The notes below the pieces were generated by a model that saw only the letters and a program-made list of their open reading frames with translations, ran no database searches and was not told the DNA's origin. From Shigella phage KRT47, in sequence record MN781580: a stretch of DNA of 64,000 nucleotides. One strand, given 5' to 3'. Position numbers and translations under genes: made by a program. Each line of letters opens with the position of its first letter. The stretch's first letter is position 1. Below are positions 21,155-31,015 of this stretch, one piece after another.

Positions 21155-22249
21155 ATGGCAATTGTTAAAGAAATAACTGCTGATTTAATTAAAAAGTCCG
21201 GTGAGAAAATTTCAGCCGGGCAGAGTACTAAATCAGAAGTAGGAACTAAAACATACACAGCCCAGTTTCCAACTGGGCGTGCTAGTGGTAATGACACTAC
21301 AGGGGACTTCCAGGTAACAGATCTATATAAGAATGGATTATTATTTACTGCATACAATATGTCATCTAGGGATTCTGGAAGTCTTAGATCGATGAGATCT
21401 AACTACTCTTCTTCATCTTCGAGTATTTTAAGTACAGCTAGAAACACTATTAGTAGTACAGTATCAAAACTATCAAATGGATTAATATCCAACAATAATT
21501 CAGGAACAATAAGTAAAGCTCCTGTCGCAAACATTCTTTTACCGAGATCTAAATCTGACGTTGATACGTCATCACACAGATTTAATGATGTTCAAGAAAG
21601 TCTTATCAGCAGAGGCGGAGGTACTGCTACTGGTGTGTTAAGTAATATTGCTTCAACTGCAGTATTTGGGGCACTGGAAAGTATAACACAAGGTATAATG
21701 GCTGATAATAATGAACAGATTTATACGACAGCTAGAAGTATGTATGGCGGTGCTGAGAATAGAACTAAAGTGTTTACATGGGATTTGACGCCACGTTCAA
21801 CAGAAGATTTAATGGCTATTATTAATATCTATCAGTATTTTAACTATTTTTCTTATGGTGAAACGGGTAAATCTCAATATGCTGCTGAAATAAAGGGGTA
21901 TTTAGATGATTGGTATCGTTCTACTTTAATTGAACCTTTATCTCCGGAAGACGCAGCTAAAAATAAAACACTATTTGAGAAAATGACATCGAGTTTAACT
22001 AACGTTCTAGTAGTTTCAAACCCGACAATTTGGATGGTGAAAAACTTTGGCGCAACATCTAAGTTTGATGGAAAAACGGAAATATTTGGCCCATGCCAAA
22101 TACAGAGCATCAGATTTGATAAAACACCTAATGGTAACTTTAACGGATTAGCTATTGCTCCAAACCTCCCTAGTACATTTACTCTTGAGATTACTATGAG
22201 AGAAATTATCACGTTAAACCGTGCTTCTTTATATGCGGGGACTTTTTAA
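21155..22249 (+). CDS. 48: baseplate tail tube cap gp48
   Basis: 364 aa, T4 gp48 length; synteny. Confidence 0.9.
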   Translation: MAIVKEITADLIKKSGEKISAGQSTKSEVGTKTYTAQFPTGRASGNDTTGDFQVTDLYKNGLLFTAYNMSSRDSGSLRSMRSNYSSSSSSILSTARNTISSTVSKLSNGLISNNNSGTISKAPVANILLPRSKSDVDTSSHRFNDVQESLISRGGGTATGVLSNIASTAVFGALESITQGIMADNNEQIYTTARSMYGGAENRTKVFTWDLTPRSTEDLMAIINIYQYFNYFSYGETGKSQYAAEIKGYLDDWYRSTLIEPLSPEDAAKNKTLFEKMTSSLTNVLVVSNPTIWMVKNFGATSKFDGKTEIFGPCQIQSIRFDKTPNGNFNGLAIAPNLPSTFTLEITMREIITLNRASLYAGTF

Positions 22250-23214
22250 TGTATTCTTTAGAGGAATTTAATAATCAAGCAATAAACGCAGATTTCCAAC
22301 GTAATAATATGTTTAGCTGCGTTTTTGCGACAACTCCATCAACTAAAAGCTCTTCGTTGATAAGTTCAATTAGCAACTTTTCTTATAATAACTTGGGTCT
22401 AAATTCAGACTGGTTAGGATTGTCTCAAGGCGATATTAATCAGGGAATTACTACGCTAATTACTGCTGGCACACAAAAACTGATAAGAAAATCAGGGGTT
22501 AGTAAATATCTTATTGGTGCCATGAGTCAACGTACAGTTCAAAGTTTATTAGGCTCATTTACAGTTGGTACATATTTAATTGACTTCTTTAACATGGCAT
22601 ATAACTCATCTGGATTGATGATATACTCTGTAAAAATGCCAGAGAATAGATTATCCTATGAAACTGACTGGAACTATAATTCTCCTAATATTCGTATAAC
22701 TGGGAGAGAATTAGACCCTTTGGTTATTTCATTTAGAATGGATTCAGAAGCTTGTAACTATCGTGCAATGCAAGACTGGGTTAACTCTGTTCAAGACCCA
22801 GTAACTGGACTGCGTGCTTTGCCGCAAGATGTCGAGGCAGATATTCAGGTTAATCTTCATTCTCGCAATGGATTGCCTCATACTGCGGTGATGTTCACCG
22901 GATGCATTCCAGTGTCAGTGAGCGCTCCTGAGTTATCATATGATGGAGATAACCAAATAACTACATTTGATGTTACTTTTGCGTATAGAGTCATGCAGGC
23001 TGGGTCGGTTGATAGACAAGCTGCGCTTGAATGGCTTGAATCTGCTGCCATAAACGGTATTCAAAGCGTTCTCGGAAATAGTGGAGGTGTTACTGGACTA
23101 TCTAATTCGCTTTCACGACTTAGTAGATTAGGAGGAACTGCTGGAAGCATTTCAAACATTAATACTATGACGGGAATTGTCAACTCGCAAAGTAAAATAT
23201 TAGGAGCAATATAA
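22249..23214 (+). CDS. 54: baseplate tail tube initiator gp54
   Basis: 321 aa; ATGA coupling with gene 48. Confidence 0.9.
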   Translation: MYSLEEFNNQAINADFQRNNMFSCVFATTPSTKSSSLISSISNFSYNNLGLNSDWLGLSQGDINQGITTLITAGTQKLIRKSGVSKYLIGAMSQRTVQSLLGSFTVGTYLIDFFNMAYNSSGLMIYSVKMPENRLSYETDWNYNSPNIRITGRELDPLVISFRMDSEACNYRAMQDWVNSVQDPVTGLRALPQDVEADIQVNLHSRNGLPHTAVMFTGCIPVSVSAPELSYDGDNQITTFDVTFAYRVMQAGSVDRQAALEWLESAAINGIQSVLGNSGGVTGLSNSLSRLSRLGGTAGSISNINTMTGIVNSQSKILGAI

Positions 23215-23218
23215 CAAT

Positions 23219-23236
23219 GGGGACCGAAAGGTCCCC
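23219..23236. terminator. bidirectional terminator hairpin GGGGACC-GAAA-GGTCCCC between gene 54 and minus-strand ORF
   Basis: 7-bp stem with GNRA loop, T run downstream on + strand, between convergent genes. Confidence 0.65.
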
Positions 23237-23242
23237 ATATTT

Positions 23243-23533
23243 TTATTTACGGAATGAAATAAAAGCAGCAACTGAAGCAACTAAACTGTCTTCAATATAA
23301 ACTTCAATTTTTACCGGAGCTTCTGACTCAAATTTACCTGTTACTACACCTTGGAAAATGCTTTCAGTCTGCTGTGGCTTTGAAAAATTTTCAGAAGGAA
23401 AAATTCCGAACTTTTTATCTGTTCCAAAAATTTTGATAAATTCATCATAAACTGCTTCATTAAAAGCATTATCAGCAGGAATAACGCCTTCAACTACAAG
23501 TTCTTGACCTAAAAAGCGCAAAGAAGATTTCAT
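23243..23533 (-). CDS. hypothetical protein (alt-distal small ORF)
   Basis: 96 aa ORF, ATG at 23531-23533 with GAGGA SD inside the 54-bp repeat. Confidence 0.6.
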   Translation of the reverse strand: MKSSLRFLGQELVVEGVIPADNAFNEAVYDEFIKIFGTDKKFGIFPSENFSKPQQTESIFQGVVTGKFESEAPVKIEVYIEDSLVASVAAFISFRK

Positions 23534-23540
23534 TTTGTGT

Positions 23541-23594
23541 TCCTCATGTTATGTCAGTAAGACTACTGTAACACAACACGAGGGACTTGTAAAC
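23541..23594 (-). repeat. 54-bp perfect direct repeat, copy A (early promoter plus translation-initiation cassette)
   Basis: Identical to 39407..39460; minus-strand sense GTTTAC-N18-TACAGT then GAGGA SD. Confidence 0.85.
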
Positions 23595-25651
23595 TACATC
23601 TTGAACTTTTTAGACATTCCGTTGATGTTAACCAAAGAAGCCAAGATTTGAGAAACTTCGTTTTCCTCTTCTTTTGATTCTTCTACAAGGAATTGATTAA
23701 ACCCAGCCATTGGACGAACTTCACCAGTTTCCATTAGATGATCGCCATCATATACCGATTCTTCTAATTGTTCAGAAGGAGGAACGATTGTGCCTTCGAT
23801 TAGATACTTATTATAAGCAGTTTCTTTCATCATGTACGTGCTAACTTTATTAATCTTCAGCAAAATTCCACGCGGTAGAATAACTTCAGCTTCTGATGGA
23901 AATCCTGATAAATGACCTGGAACGATAACTTTAATTCGCTCAGCTCCTTTTATTACCATACCTACGCTAGTTTCAGCATCTTCATTCGCATAAGCAGAAT
24001 GACTGCCCATATGCATTAAATCTTCAGCATCAACAGAACCTTCTCCTTCACCAGAAAATACTGCACCGGAATCATCTAGAGTCATATAGTTTTTACCATG
24101 CTCACCGAAGATATTTGGTTTAAGCGATGTTGATACGAAGTTCTTGAAATAAAACATTTTATTTTCAATATTATGACGTAAAGTTTTAAAGGTAACTTCT
24201 TGTCCACGATAAAGCGTAGTTCCTGGAGGAAGAACTGATCCTTTGGCAAAGGCAGAATCCAGCGTCTCGATGTGTTTAATAGCTCGTTCCATGTATTCTT
24301 CACGGGTAGAATCTGGTTTACCCAAGAGGAACGAGTTCATTTCAACATATGAATCTGCACAATAATCTTCAATTACATCAGACTCAGCCTGAGTTAATCC
24401 TTTTGGAGTTACTTCGGTGCTTGCATATTCATATGCCTGAGCAGCAGATTCATTAATCAATTTATAAATGCCATTCATGACAAATTGAATAATAGCTACC
24501 TTTTCGTCTGGCGTGGCTTTAGAACCTTTAACTAAATCATTGATAATTTTCTTAATAACATCAAAGCTATTAGAAATATTAATGTCAGCGAGATCGCTCA
24601 AAATTTTATCGGTTTTATAATCAAAGAATTCTTTATTCTTTAAATATTCTTGAGAACCTTGATATGTTATATCGCTCTGCAGCTTGATAGATGGATCACG
24701 TAAACGTGCATGGGCCAATGCAATATGATTTCGGAAGCTTTCTAGTTCATAATCGTTAGATTTAAAACGAGAAGCACTTCTCATACCACCGATAGCTCCT
24801 TTGCTGAAGTTTGAACCAATCTGGATAACGCCAGAGTTCATTGGTCCTTCTGCTTTATATACCGGAACTTTAGATTCAAACTCTTGATATTTCTTAGCGG
24901 CGAAGCTATCACCCTGAAGTGAAGCATCGACAGTAGAATATTGAGCTTGTGCTGCCAATCGACGACTAATTTTAGTTTTCTGAATAACAGCTTGATCCGT
25001 GCGCTTATCATTTTCTAGAGCAATAGAAGCGGCAACAGCAACAGCTTTAGGAACAGCATTACCTGTTTTAACGTCTACATAAACATCACCAACCTTTGAT
25101 TCAACTTTTGTGAATAACTCAGTTGAAATAGGAGGTACACCTGGAATGTCTTCTAAATTAGCATTTTTACGATAAACCATAATATATGCATACTTTTTAT
25201 CATAGTCCCAGATTTCCTTTAAAAGAACATATCGACCTGCTCCTTTAGTACGTACTAAACGGTCAGCAATAACTTGCATTTGACGAGCAGCGCCATTTGT
25301 TTTACTTTTTAGTACGCGGAATAGGCATGCGTCAATTTTATACTGTTTCATTGTTTGAAGAGCAGTATCAAAAACCGCATTAATGACACCAATTGGATTT
25401 CCACCCAAGTTTTTAAGTTTAACTAATGATAGTTTCTCATTAACACCTATCATTACGATATGCATCATTTTATCGCCTGGCTTAACGTTTTTATTTGTAT
25501 CACCGCCAGAGGTGTATGTACAAAATCTAAATCCAGGAAGCACACTTTCTTCACCGGCTTGAATAGCAAAAATTTGAGGTATTTTATGCTTAGGATTTAA
25601 GTTAACAACCGGCGCCGAAGCGCCGTCAAATAATTCTGTAATAAGTTCCAT
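23594..25651 (-). CDS. Alt-family ADP-ribosyltransferase paralogue
   Basis: 685 aa; N-terminus MELITELFD and C-terminal R / STS / ExE motifs (YRGQ, FVSTSL, EAEVILPRG) shared with the adjacent paralogue; middle region diverged. Confidence 0.8.
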   Translation of the reverse strand: MELITELFDGASAPVVNLNPKHKIPQIFAIQAGEESVLPGFRFCTYTSGGDTNKNVKPGDKMMHIVMIGVNEKLSLVKLKNLGGNPIGVINAVFDTALQTMKQYKIDACLFRVLKSKTNGAARQMQVIADRLVRTKGAGRYVLLKEIWDYDKKYAYIMVYRKNANLEDIPGVPPISTELFTKVESKVGDVYVDVKTGNAVPKAVAVAASIALENDKRTDQAVIQKTKISRRLAAQAQYSTVDASLQGDSFAAKKYQEFESKVPVYKAEGPMNSGVIQIGSNFSKGAIGGMRSASRFKSNDYELESFRNHIALAHARLRDPSIKLQSDITYQGSQEYLKNKEFFDYKTDKILSDLADINISNSFDVIKKIINDLVKGSKATPDEKVAIIQFVMNGIYKLINESAAQAYEYASTEVTPKGLTQAESDVIEDYCADSYVEMNSFLLGKPDSTREEYMERAIKHIETLDSAFAKGSVLPPGTTLYRGQEVTFKTLRHNIENKMFYFKNFVSTSLKPNIFGEHGKNYMTLDDSGAVFSGEGEGSVDAEDLMHMGSHSAYANEDAETSVGMVIKGAERIKVIVPGHLSGFPSEAEVILPRGILLKINKVSTYMMKETAYNKYLIEGTIVPPSEQLEESVYDGDHLMETGEVRPMAGFNQFLVEESKEEENEVSQILASLVNINGMSKKFKM

Positions 25652-25654
25652 GAT

Positions 25655-27751
25655 TTATCCTTGAACGAACTTGTAAGGCATGTTTGCAATATCTATGCAA
25701 GACGCAATAATTCCAAGAGATGATTCTACTTTTTGTTTAACATTTGATGAAACAAATGATGCAAAGTCAACTCTGTCTTCTATTTCAATATCACCTGTCA
25801 TTGCAACTACTTCACCAGTTTCCATTAGACGGTCACCGTCATAAATTACTGATTCGGTGAGTTCTTCCGTAGTCATAACTTCAGCTTGAATGAGTTTTGT
25901 ATTATTAGATGTTGTTCCGTCATTATTAGAAGCATCAGTTATTTTATTAACTTTGACCATCAATCCTCGTGGTAGAATAACTTCAGCTTCTGTTGCTATT
26001 CCGAGACTTCCTGGATATACAACATTAACTTTATGAGCTCCATCAATTGCCCATCCTATTTGAACTTTAACGTATTCAGGATTTTCTTTATACGCTCTTA
26101 TTTCGTTTGGATTAATAGTTATTCCTTCTTCATTTTTATCAACTGTCAATTCATTACGAGCTTCTGGTTCTAAAAGACCAATACCAGCATGTGTAATTCC
26201 AAAACGTCCAAAAATGATAGGAGTTAAAGAAGTAGATACAAAATTTCTGAAATAGAACACTTTATTTTTAACTAGTGCTTCGTATATAGGAGCAGTCATG
26301 CTTTGAGCACGATAAACTGTAATGCCTTCTGGTATACGGTCACCATTTTCAAAAGCTGAATCTAAGTTATTTATAGCAGATTCAATTTCTTTTTCACTCA
26401 TTACATCATATCGTTCTGGATTGTAACGACCCAAAAGAAGATTATTGATGTCAGTATATCCTGAACCACAATACTCTCTAATGCCGCGCTTTTGTGATGG
26501 AGTATATTTAGAACCATCACGGGCAATAGTAATATCAATCATTGGACCTGCACCAATTCCAGAAAAGCTGTAAATCATTCTTTTGAGGAATTTAGTTTTT
26601 GCTGCGTTCCAGGAATTTTTAGTCATTTCTTCCCAGACTTCATCTGGCTGTCCTTTACGGGTTTTATTATGTTTATCAAGCCAATTATCTTTATATTCTT
26701 CAAAGAATTGATTAACAGCTGCTGCGTATTTCTCTAAACATTTTATTGAAGTAGTTGGTTCATTTTTAATCGCATTAAGAATTACATCTTTAATTTTTTC
26801 AGAAACTTCATTAACCTCACTTTTTGAAAAGAATTTATAGTCATAATGAAGTTCATCTGCAGTTCCTTCAGCAATAATTTTTGCTGCTTTAGTTTTAGAA
26901 GCCAATGAATTAATTCCAAGTTTCATTTCTTCTGCTTCGGGAATTAAAGGAGCGGTAGCAGGTTTATTGAAATTAGCTGCGGTAGATTCATACTTCTGGA
27001 ATAATTCACTTTCAAATCTAGAAGATTCTAATGATTGACTTTGTGCAATTGCTCTACGGGAAATTTTAACTTTAACGATTACAGCTTGGTCAGAACGTTT
27101 ATCATTTTCTTGCGCAATAGATGCAGCAATTGCCTCATTTTTAGTTACTTGAGCTCCAGTATCTTTATTGATATAAACATCACCGACCTTCGATTCAACT
27201 TTAGTAAAGAGCTCGGTACTAATTTCCGGAACTCCTGGAATGTCTTCTAGTGATACATTTTTGCGATGTATAAGAATATATGCATACTTTTTATCGTAAT
27301 CCCAGAGTTCCTTAAGAAGGACGTATCTGCCACCTGAACGACTGCGGATAAGTCTATCAGCAATAAGTTGAATTTGACGAGCTTGACCAGCAGTTTTAGA
27401 CTTAAGAATACGGAGCATACAGGCATCAATTTTATACTGACGCATCGTTTGCATTGCAACAGTAAAAACTGAATTGATGTAATTAATTGGGCTTGGACCG
27501 AGACCTTTTAATTTAGCAATTGAACCTTTAGCAGTTAATGTAAAAGGAACAATATGCATCATTTTATCGCCCATCTTTAAATCGCGATTAGTATCACCTC
27601 CAGATGTATAAGTACATAAACGAAAACCTGGTTGTTCAATTGCGTCATCAACATGAACTGAAAAAATTTGCGGTATTTTCTTCTTTGGATTTAAGTTTGT
27701 AATCGGAAGAGTAGTATCTTCGTCAAATAATTCTGTAATGAGTTCCATCAT
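25655..27751 (-). CDS. alt: Alt ADP-ribosyltransferase (head-packaged, RNA polymerase-modifying)
   Basis: 698 aa; R / STS / ExE motifs (YRAQ, FVSTSL, EAEVILPRG); lies on the ligase side as T4 alt does; which copy is orthologous to T4 alt is not certain. Confidence 0.75.
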   Translation of the reverse strand: MMELITELFDEDTTLPITNLNPKKKIPQIFSVHVDDAIEQPGFRLCTYTSGGDTNRDLKMGDKMMHIVPFTLTAKGSIAKLKGLGPSPINYINSVFTVAMQTMRQYKIDACMLRILKSKTAGQARQIQLIADRLIRSRSGGRYVLLKELWDYDKKYAYILIHRKNVSLEDIPGVPEISTELFTKVESKVGDVYINKDTGAQVTKNEAIAASIAQENDKRSDQAVIVKVKISRRAIAQSQSLESSRFESELFQKYESTAANFNKPATAPLIPEAEEMKLGINSLASKTKAAKIIAEGTADELHYDYKFFSKSEVNEVSEKIKDVILNAIKNEPTTSIKCLEKYAAAVNQFFEEYKDNWLDKHNKTRKGQPDEVWEEMTKNSWNAAKTKFLKRMIYSFSGIGAGPMIDITIARDGSKYTPSQKRGIREYCGSGYTDINNLLLGRYNPERYDVMSEKEIESAINNLDSAFENGDRIPEGITVYRAQSMTAPIYEALVKNKVFYFRNFVSTSLTPIIFGRFGITHAGIGLLEPEARNELTVDKNEEGITINPNEIRAYKENPEYVKVQIGWAIDGAHKVNVVYPGSLGIATEAEVILPRGLMVKVNKITDASNNDGTTSNNTKLIQAEVMTTEELTESVIYDGDRLMETGEVVAMTGDIEIEDRVDFASFVSSNVKQKVESSLGIIASCIDIANMPYKFVQG

Positions 27752-27771
27752 ATCCTCTCTAGTGTTTATTC

Positions 27772-27779
27772 TATTTATA
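27772..27779 (-). promoter_or_regulatory. T4-type late promoter TATAAATA (minus strand) upstream of alt
   Basis: Reverse complement of TATTTATA, about 20 nt upstream of alt start. Confidence 0.55.
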
Positions 27780-27786
27780 AAATTAA

Positions 27787-27800
27787 AGGCCCGAAGGCCT
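27787..27800 (-). terminator. hairpin AGGCC-UUCG-GGCCU (minus-strand sense) upstream of alt late promoter
   Basis: GC stem with UUCG loop between small ORF stop and alt promoter. Confidence 0.45.
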
Positions 27801-27989
27801 TTAATAATCTATTGGTAAGAGAGTACGATATATTTCAAACTTTGGACCTTTTTCATAGGCATCAAATGTTTCTGTGAATTTATTATAAGCATATGCATCT
27901 ATAAATTCAATCATAATTTGTGATACAGAAGTAGAAACATCTCCACCTTCTTTTTGAGCAACGACAATTGTTTCTAAGTAAGCTTTCAT
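27801..27989 (-). CDS. hypothetical small protein between ligase and alt
   Basis: 62 aa ORF, start overlaps ligase stop. Confidence 0.5.
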   Translation of the reverse strand: MKAYLETIVVAQKEGGDVSTSVSQIMIEFIDAYAYNKFTETFDAYEKGPKFEIYRTLLPIDY

Positions 27990-29449
27990 AGACCAGTTAC
28001 CTCATGAAAATCACCAAATACATCCTCGAATGTATTAGCTTTAGTTTTATCTTCACGTAAACGAATCGCAATTGGAAGAAATAATTTTACGTAATCAGTG
28101 CGGCCATCAGATTTTAGCCAACCGTTGCATTCGCACTCTAGAATTTTTCCAATATAATAATTTTGGTTTTCCATAATGCGAGTACGGTCAAGTTCATGTG
28201 ATTTTACACCGGCTTTATCTTTTAAGCCTGAACCAGCATTTACTTTAATTTTTCCACACTCTGATTCAAGAATAAATCCACCTGCTTTAGTAGGGTCTTT
28301 ACGGTGAGGATAAATTCCTACAATTTTTAAATCAACATCAATTACTTCTTTAAATTTATAGAGATTTTTTGAACGAGCATTTTCCCACAATCCATCGGTA
28401 TTTTTGAGAATAATACCTTCAAGACCTTGGTCAATATACTTTTTATAAATTACCTTAGCTTCATCTAGGTTATTTACTACCTGGTTTTCAATTAAAATTA
28501 CTTTATCATATCCTGATGTCATTTGTTCTAGTTTAGAAAAACGTACATCATATTTTAAACGAAACGCCGGAAGACCGTATATTTCTACCAACGGGACATA
28601 ATCCCAGACCTGAAACTTCATGCATTTGGCTTCTTTTTCGGAAATGGTTCCTTTTAAGGATTTATTGGCGATTCCATTAGAAGCAGTACGAGATTCCGCT
28701 ACTTCGGCGAATTCTTTAGCTTTACTAATTTCAGGATAAGCATCAAAAAGAAAATCTAGGCCTTCTGGTTCCTTTTTAACTTGCTCATGGTATACCAATT
28801 CGCCATCAATTAACACACCTTCTGGATGAATCTGGCGGGCTTCAGCAGTCATTTTGATTAATTCTTCCTTAAGAAGATCTAATCCTAGATATTCATTACC
28901 AGCTCGTGATAAAAGACGAACATCATCTAATTCATCGCCTCGGACTTCAGCAAAACACCGGGCTCCATCTGCTTTTAACTGCGCAAAGGCTGGAAACTTG
29001 ATATTCTTACTAATGCCCTTTTCATCATAAGAACTTGCCAGCATTTGAGGTTGTTCAGGAATTAAACCTGGCCAAACTTTGTTTGCAATAGATACTGAAG
29101 CACCGCATTCAAGGTCTCGCATCATCACTCGACGCAAAACTTCAACATCATCCTTTTTACCATCAGTGATATATCCAGTTAATTCCTCAATTGCAGCATT
29201 TCCAGTCAATTTCCGAGTAGCTAACGTGAATTCAATGAAATCAAGCATATCGGTAATGGTCAGCATTCCAAAACTCTGGGTAGCAATACCAGGTTTAGGC
29301 CATTTCTTGATATAATACTGTAACCCACGAGAATAAGTCAGACGATATACTCGTTTAAGCAATTCATTATCTTTATTCTTTTCAAGAATTGCTTGCTTCT
29401 GCTTAGTTGATCCAATAGATGCTATTTCATTCAGAATTTTAAGAATCAT
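27986..29449 (-). CDS. 30: ATP-dependent DNA ligase gp30
   Basis: 487 aa; recognised as near-identical to T4 DNA ligase; adenylation motif KADGAR. Confidence 0.97.
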   Translation of the reverse strand: MILKILNEIASIGSTKQKQAILEKNKDNELLKRVYRLTYSRGLQYYIKKWPKPGIATQSFGMLTITDMLDFIEFTLATRKLTGNAAIEELTGYITDGKKDDVEVLRRVMMRDLECGASVSIANKVWPGLIPEQPQMLASSYDEKGISKNIKFPAFAQLKADGARCFAEVRGDELDDVRLLSRAGNEYLGLDLLKEELIKMTAEARQIHPEGVLIDGELVYHEQVKKEPEGLDFLFDAYPEISKAKEFAEVAESRTASNGIANKSLKGTISEKEAKCMKFQVWDYVPLVEIYGLPAFRLKYDVRFSKLEQMTSGYDKVILIENQVVNNLDEAKVIYKKYIDQGLEGIILKNTDGLWENARSKNLYKFKEVIDVDLKIVGIYPHRKDPTKAGGFILESECGKIKVNAGSGLKDKAGVKSHELDRTRIMENQNYYIGKILECECNGWLKSDGRTDYVKLFLPIAIRLREDKTKANTFEDVFGDFHEVTGL

Positions 29450-29715
29450 TGTTCATCCTTCAGAGTTTGATTTACAGCTCTATTATAAATCAATTCATCA
29501 TTAAGCTCAGTTAAAGACCTATGATATGTAGTTCTAACTTTATTTCCTTGCATCCAGTGCTTGATATAAATGAAACCTTGCTCTACACATTTTTTAAAAA
29601 TTCGTTCGTCTTTTTGAGCTCGGAATTCTGGATTGCATCTAAAGAATTGATTTACGTGACCGTAATCACGCGTAGTATTACCTTCATTTTCATAAATAGT
29701 GTGAACGACAAACAT
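29446..29715 (-). CDS. hypothetical protein (30.1-like position)
   Basis: 89 aa ORF, overlapping-stop coupling with neighbours. Confidence 0.55.
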   Translation of the reverse strand: MFVVHTIYENEGNTTRDYGHVNQFFRCNPEFRAQKDERIFKKCVEQGFIYIKHWMQGNKVRTTYHRSLTELNDELIYNRAVNQTLKDEQ

Positions 29716-30554
29716 TAGAATGCTCCTTGGAAAATATTATCACCACAAGTAGGTCTATTATACAAATACTCTATGCCACCAGGTTTAATATAGTTCCATG
29801 TCTGAAACGGATGTGTCTGATATGGATGATATAGATGATTATAAGGATTAAATCCAGGCGTTCTCCAGGTAGTGTTCCAACGAAAAGAATCGTTTTTAAC
29901 CATCTTCTCAATTAAATCTTTTATAGCTTTTTCACTATCAAAACTTTCTTTATTTTCCTTTGGTGAAAAAAGCTTATTTTCTACATCATTCCATGTATAA
30001 ACCCGCTGAGCAGTTTTTGGAATATTGTCACGCTCTCCTCGAGCCATCCAATAAACAGGAACATTTAATATTTCACTCGCATGATCGCAGTGGTGAGCAA
30101 GATCGTCAATATAACAAATTACGTTATATTTCTCTTTTGCCTTTTTGAATAACTCTTCTTTTGAAGAATCATGACCACACATCATTACTTCTGAGAAGGC
30201 ACCAGGAAAAAGAGCATTCAAATTAAATTGACGATTCAACAGAGCGTCAATAGAATCACCCAATGCTGTAACAGCTACAAAATTATAATCTTCTTTTAAT
30301 TTGTTAATTACACACAGGGCATCTTTATATGGAGACAAGTAACGAATAAAATCTGATCGATTGTATTTTTCAATTAGCTTGACACCGAGTTCTTCATCAC
30401 AATTAAAGAGTTTACCTGGAGAAATAAATTTCTCATCTTGGATCATTTTTAAAATATGTTCTAACGGAAGATTATATTTCTGAGCAAAATAAGGAAGACC
30501 TGATTGCCAGCTTAAACATACTCCATCAATATCAGTTAAAATAGTAGGCTTCAT
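29715..30554 (-). CDS. HAD-superfamily hydrolase-like protein (30.2-like position)
   Basis: 279 aa; N-terminal HAD motif I ILTDIDGV; later YIDDL. Confidence 0.55.
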   Translation of the reverse strand: MKPTILTDIDGVCLSWQSGLPYFAQKYNLPLEHILKMIQDEKFISPGKLFNCDEELGVKLIEKYNRSDFIRYLSPYKDALCVINKLKEDYNFVAVTALGDSIDALLNRQFNLNALFPGAFSEVMMCGHDSSKEELFKKAKEKYNVICYIDDLAHHCDHASEILNVPVYWMARGERDNIPKTAQRVYTWNDVENKLFSPKENKESFDSEKAIKDLIEKMVKNDSFRWNTTWRTPGFNPYNHLYHPYQTHPFQTWNYIKPGGIEYLYNRPTCGDNIFQGAF

Positions 30555-31015
30555 AGAGAGTCTCTTAATAGGTTTAACACATCAATAAATTCAGCTTCGG
30601 TTAGTATTGTATCATCTTTTGTTAGACCACTAGCCATGCTGTGCTTCAAAACTTTTCCTTTCGAGGCTTGTAATGCATCGCGAAAGCCCTTGTTTTGGAA
30701 CGCTGCTTCAAAATATGCATTTGTGTATAATTCTTTCCACGCTGGAGAGTATCTTGAAAACGGAACTCCAAGCCAGAAGAGGGTCCCACGGTCCTGAGCT
30801 CTAGCATAAGACCTTCCAGCTTGTTGGGCGGCAATCCCGGATAACCCAAATATACGTCTTTGCTGTTCAACATTTTTCACCTTACATCCTTGGAGGAATC
30901 CTTCGAGACCTCCAAATTGAATGCCATCCATAACGAAAGGCCATTGGGCGAAATTACTTAATGCACATGATGGCCATTTAAAATTGCTTCTTATCTCTAG
31001 TTCAGACATTTTCAA
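30551..31015 (-). CDS. NADAR / YbiA-like (DUF1768) domain protein (30.3-like position)
   Basis: 154 aa; LSNFAQWPFVMDG...LEGFLQGCK resembles the YbiA signature FSNFxxWP...DG...EHYFQxxK. Confidence 0.5.
   Translation of the reverse strand: MKMSELEIRSNFKWPSCALSNFAQWPFVMDGIQFGGLEGFLQGCKVKNVEQQRRIFGLSGIAAQQAGRSYARAQDRGTLFWLGVPFSRYSPAWKELYTNAYFEAAFQNKGFRDALQASKGKVLKHSMASGLTKDDTILTEAEFIDVLNLLRDSL

Noticed and set aside
23541-23594. 54-bp repeat considered as terminal repeats of a transposable element
   Set aside because: Copies are direct, 15.9 kb apart, each a promoter/RBS for a different gene, with no transposase or target-site duplication; a regulatory cassette fits better.
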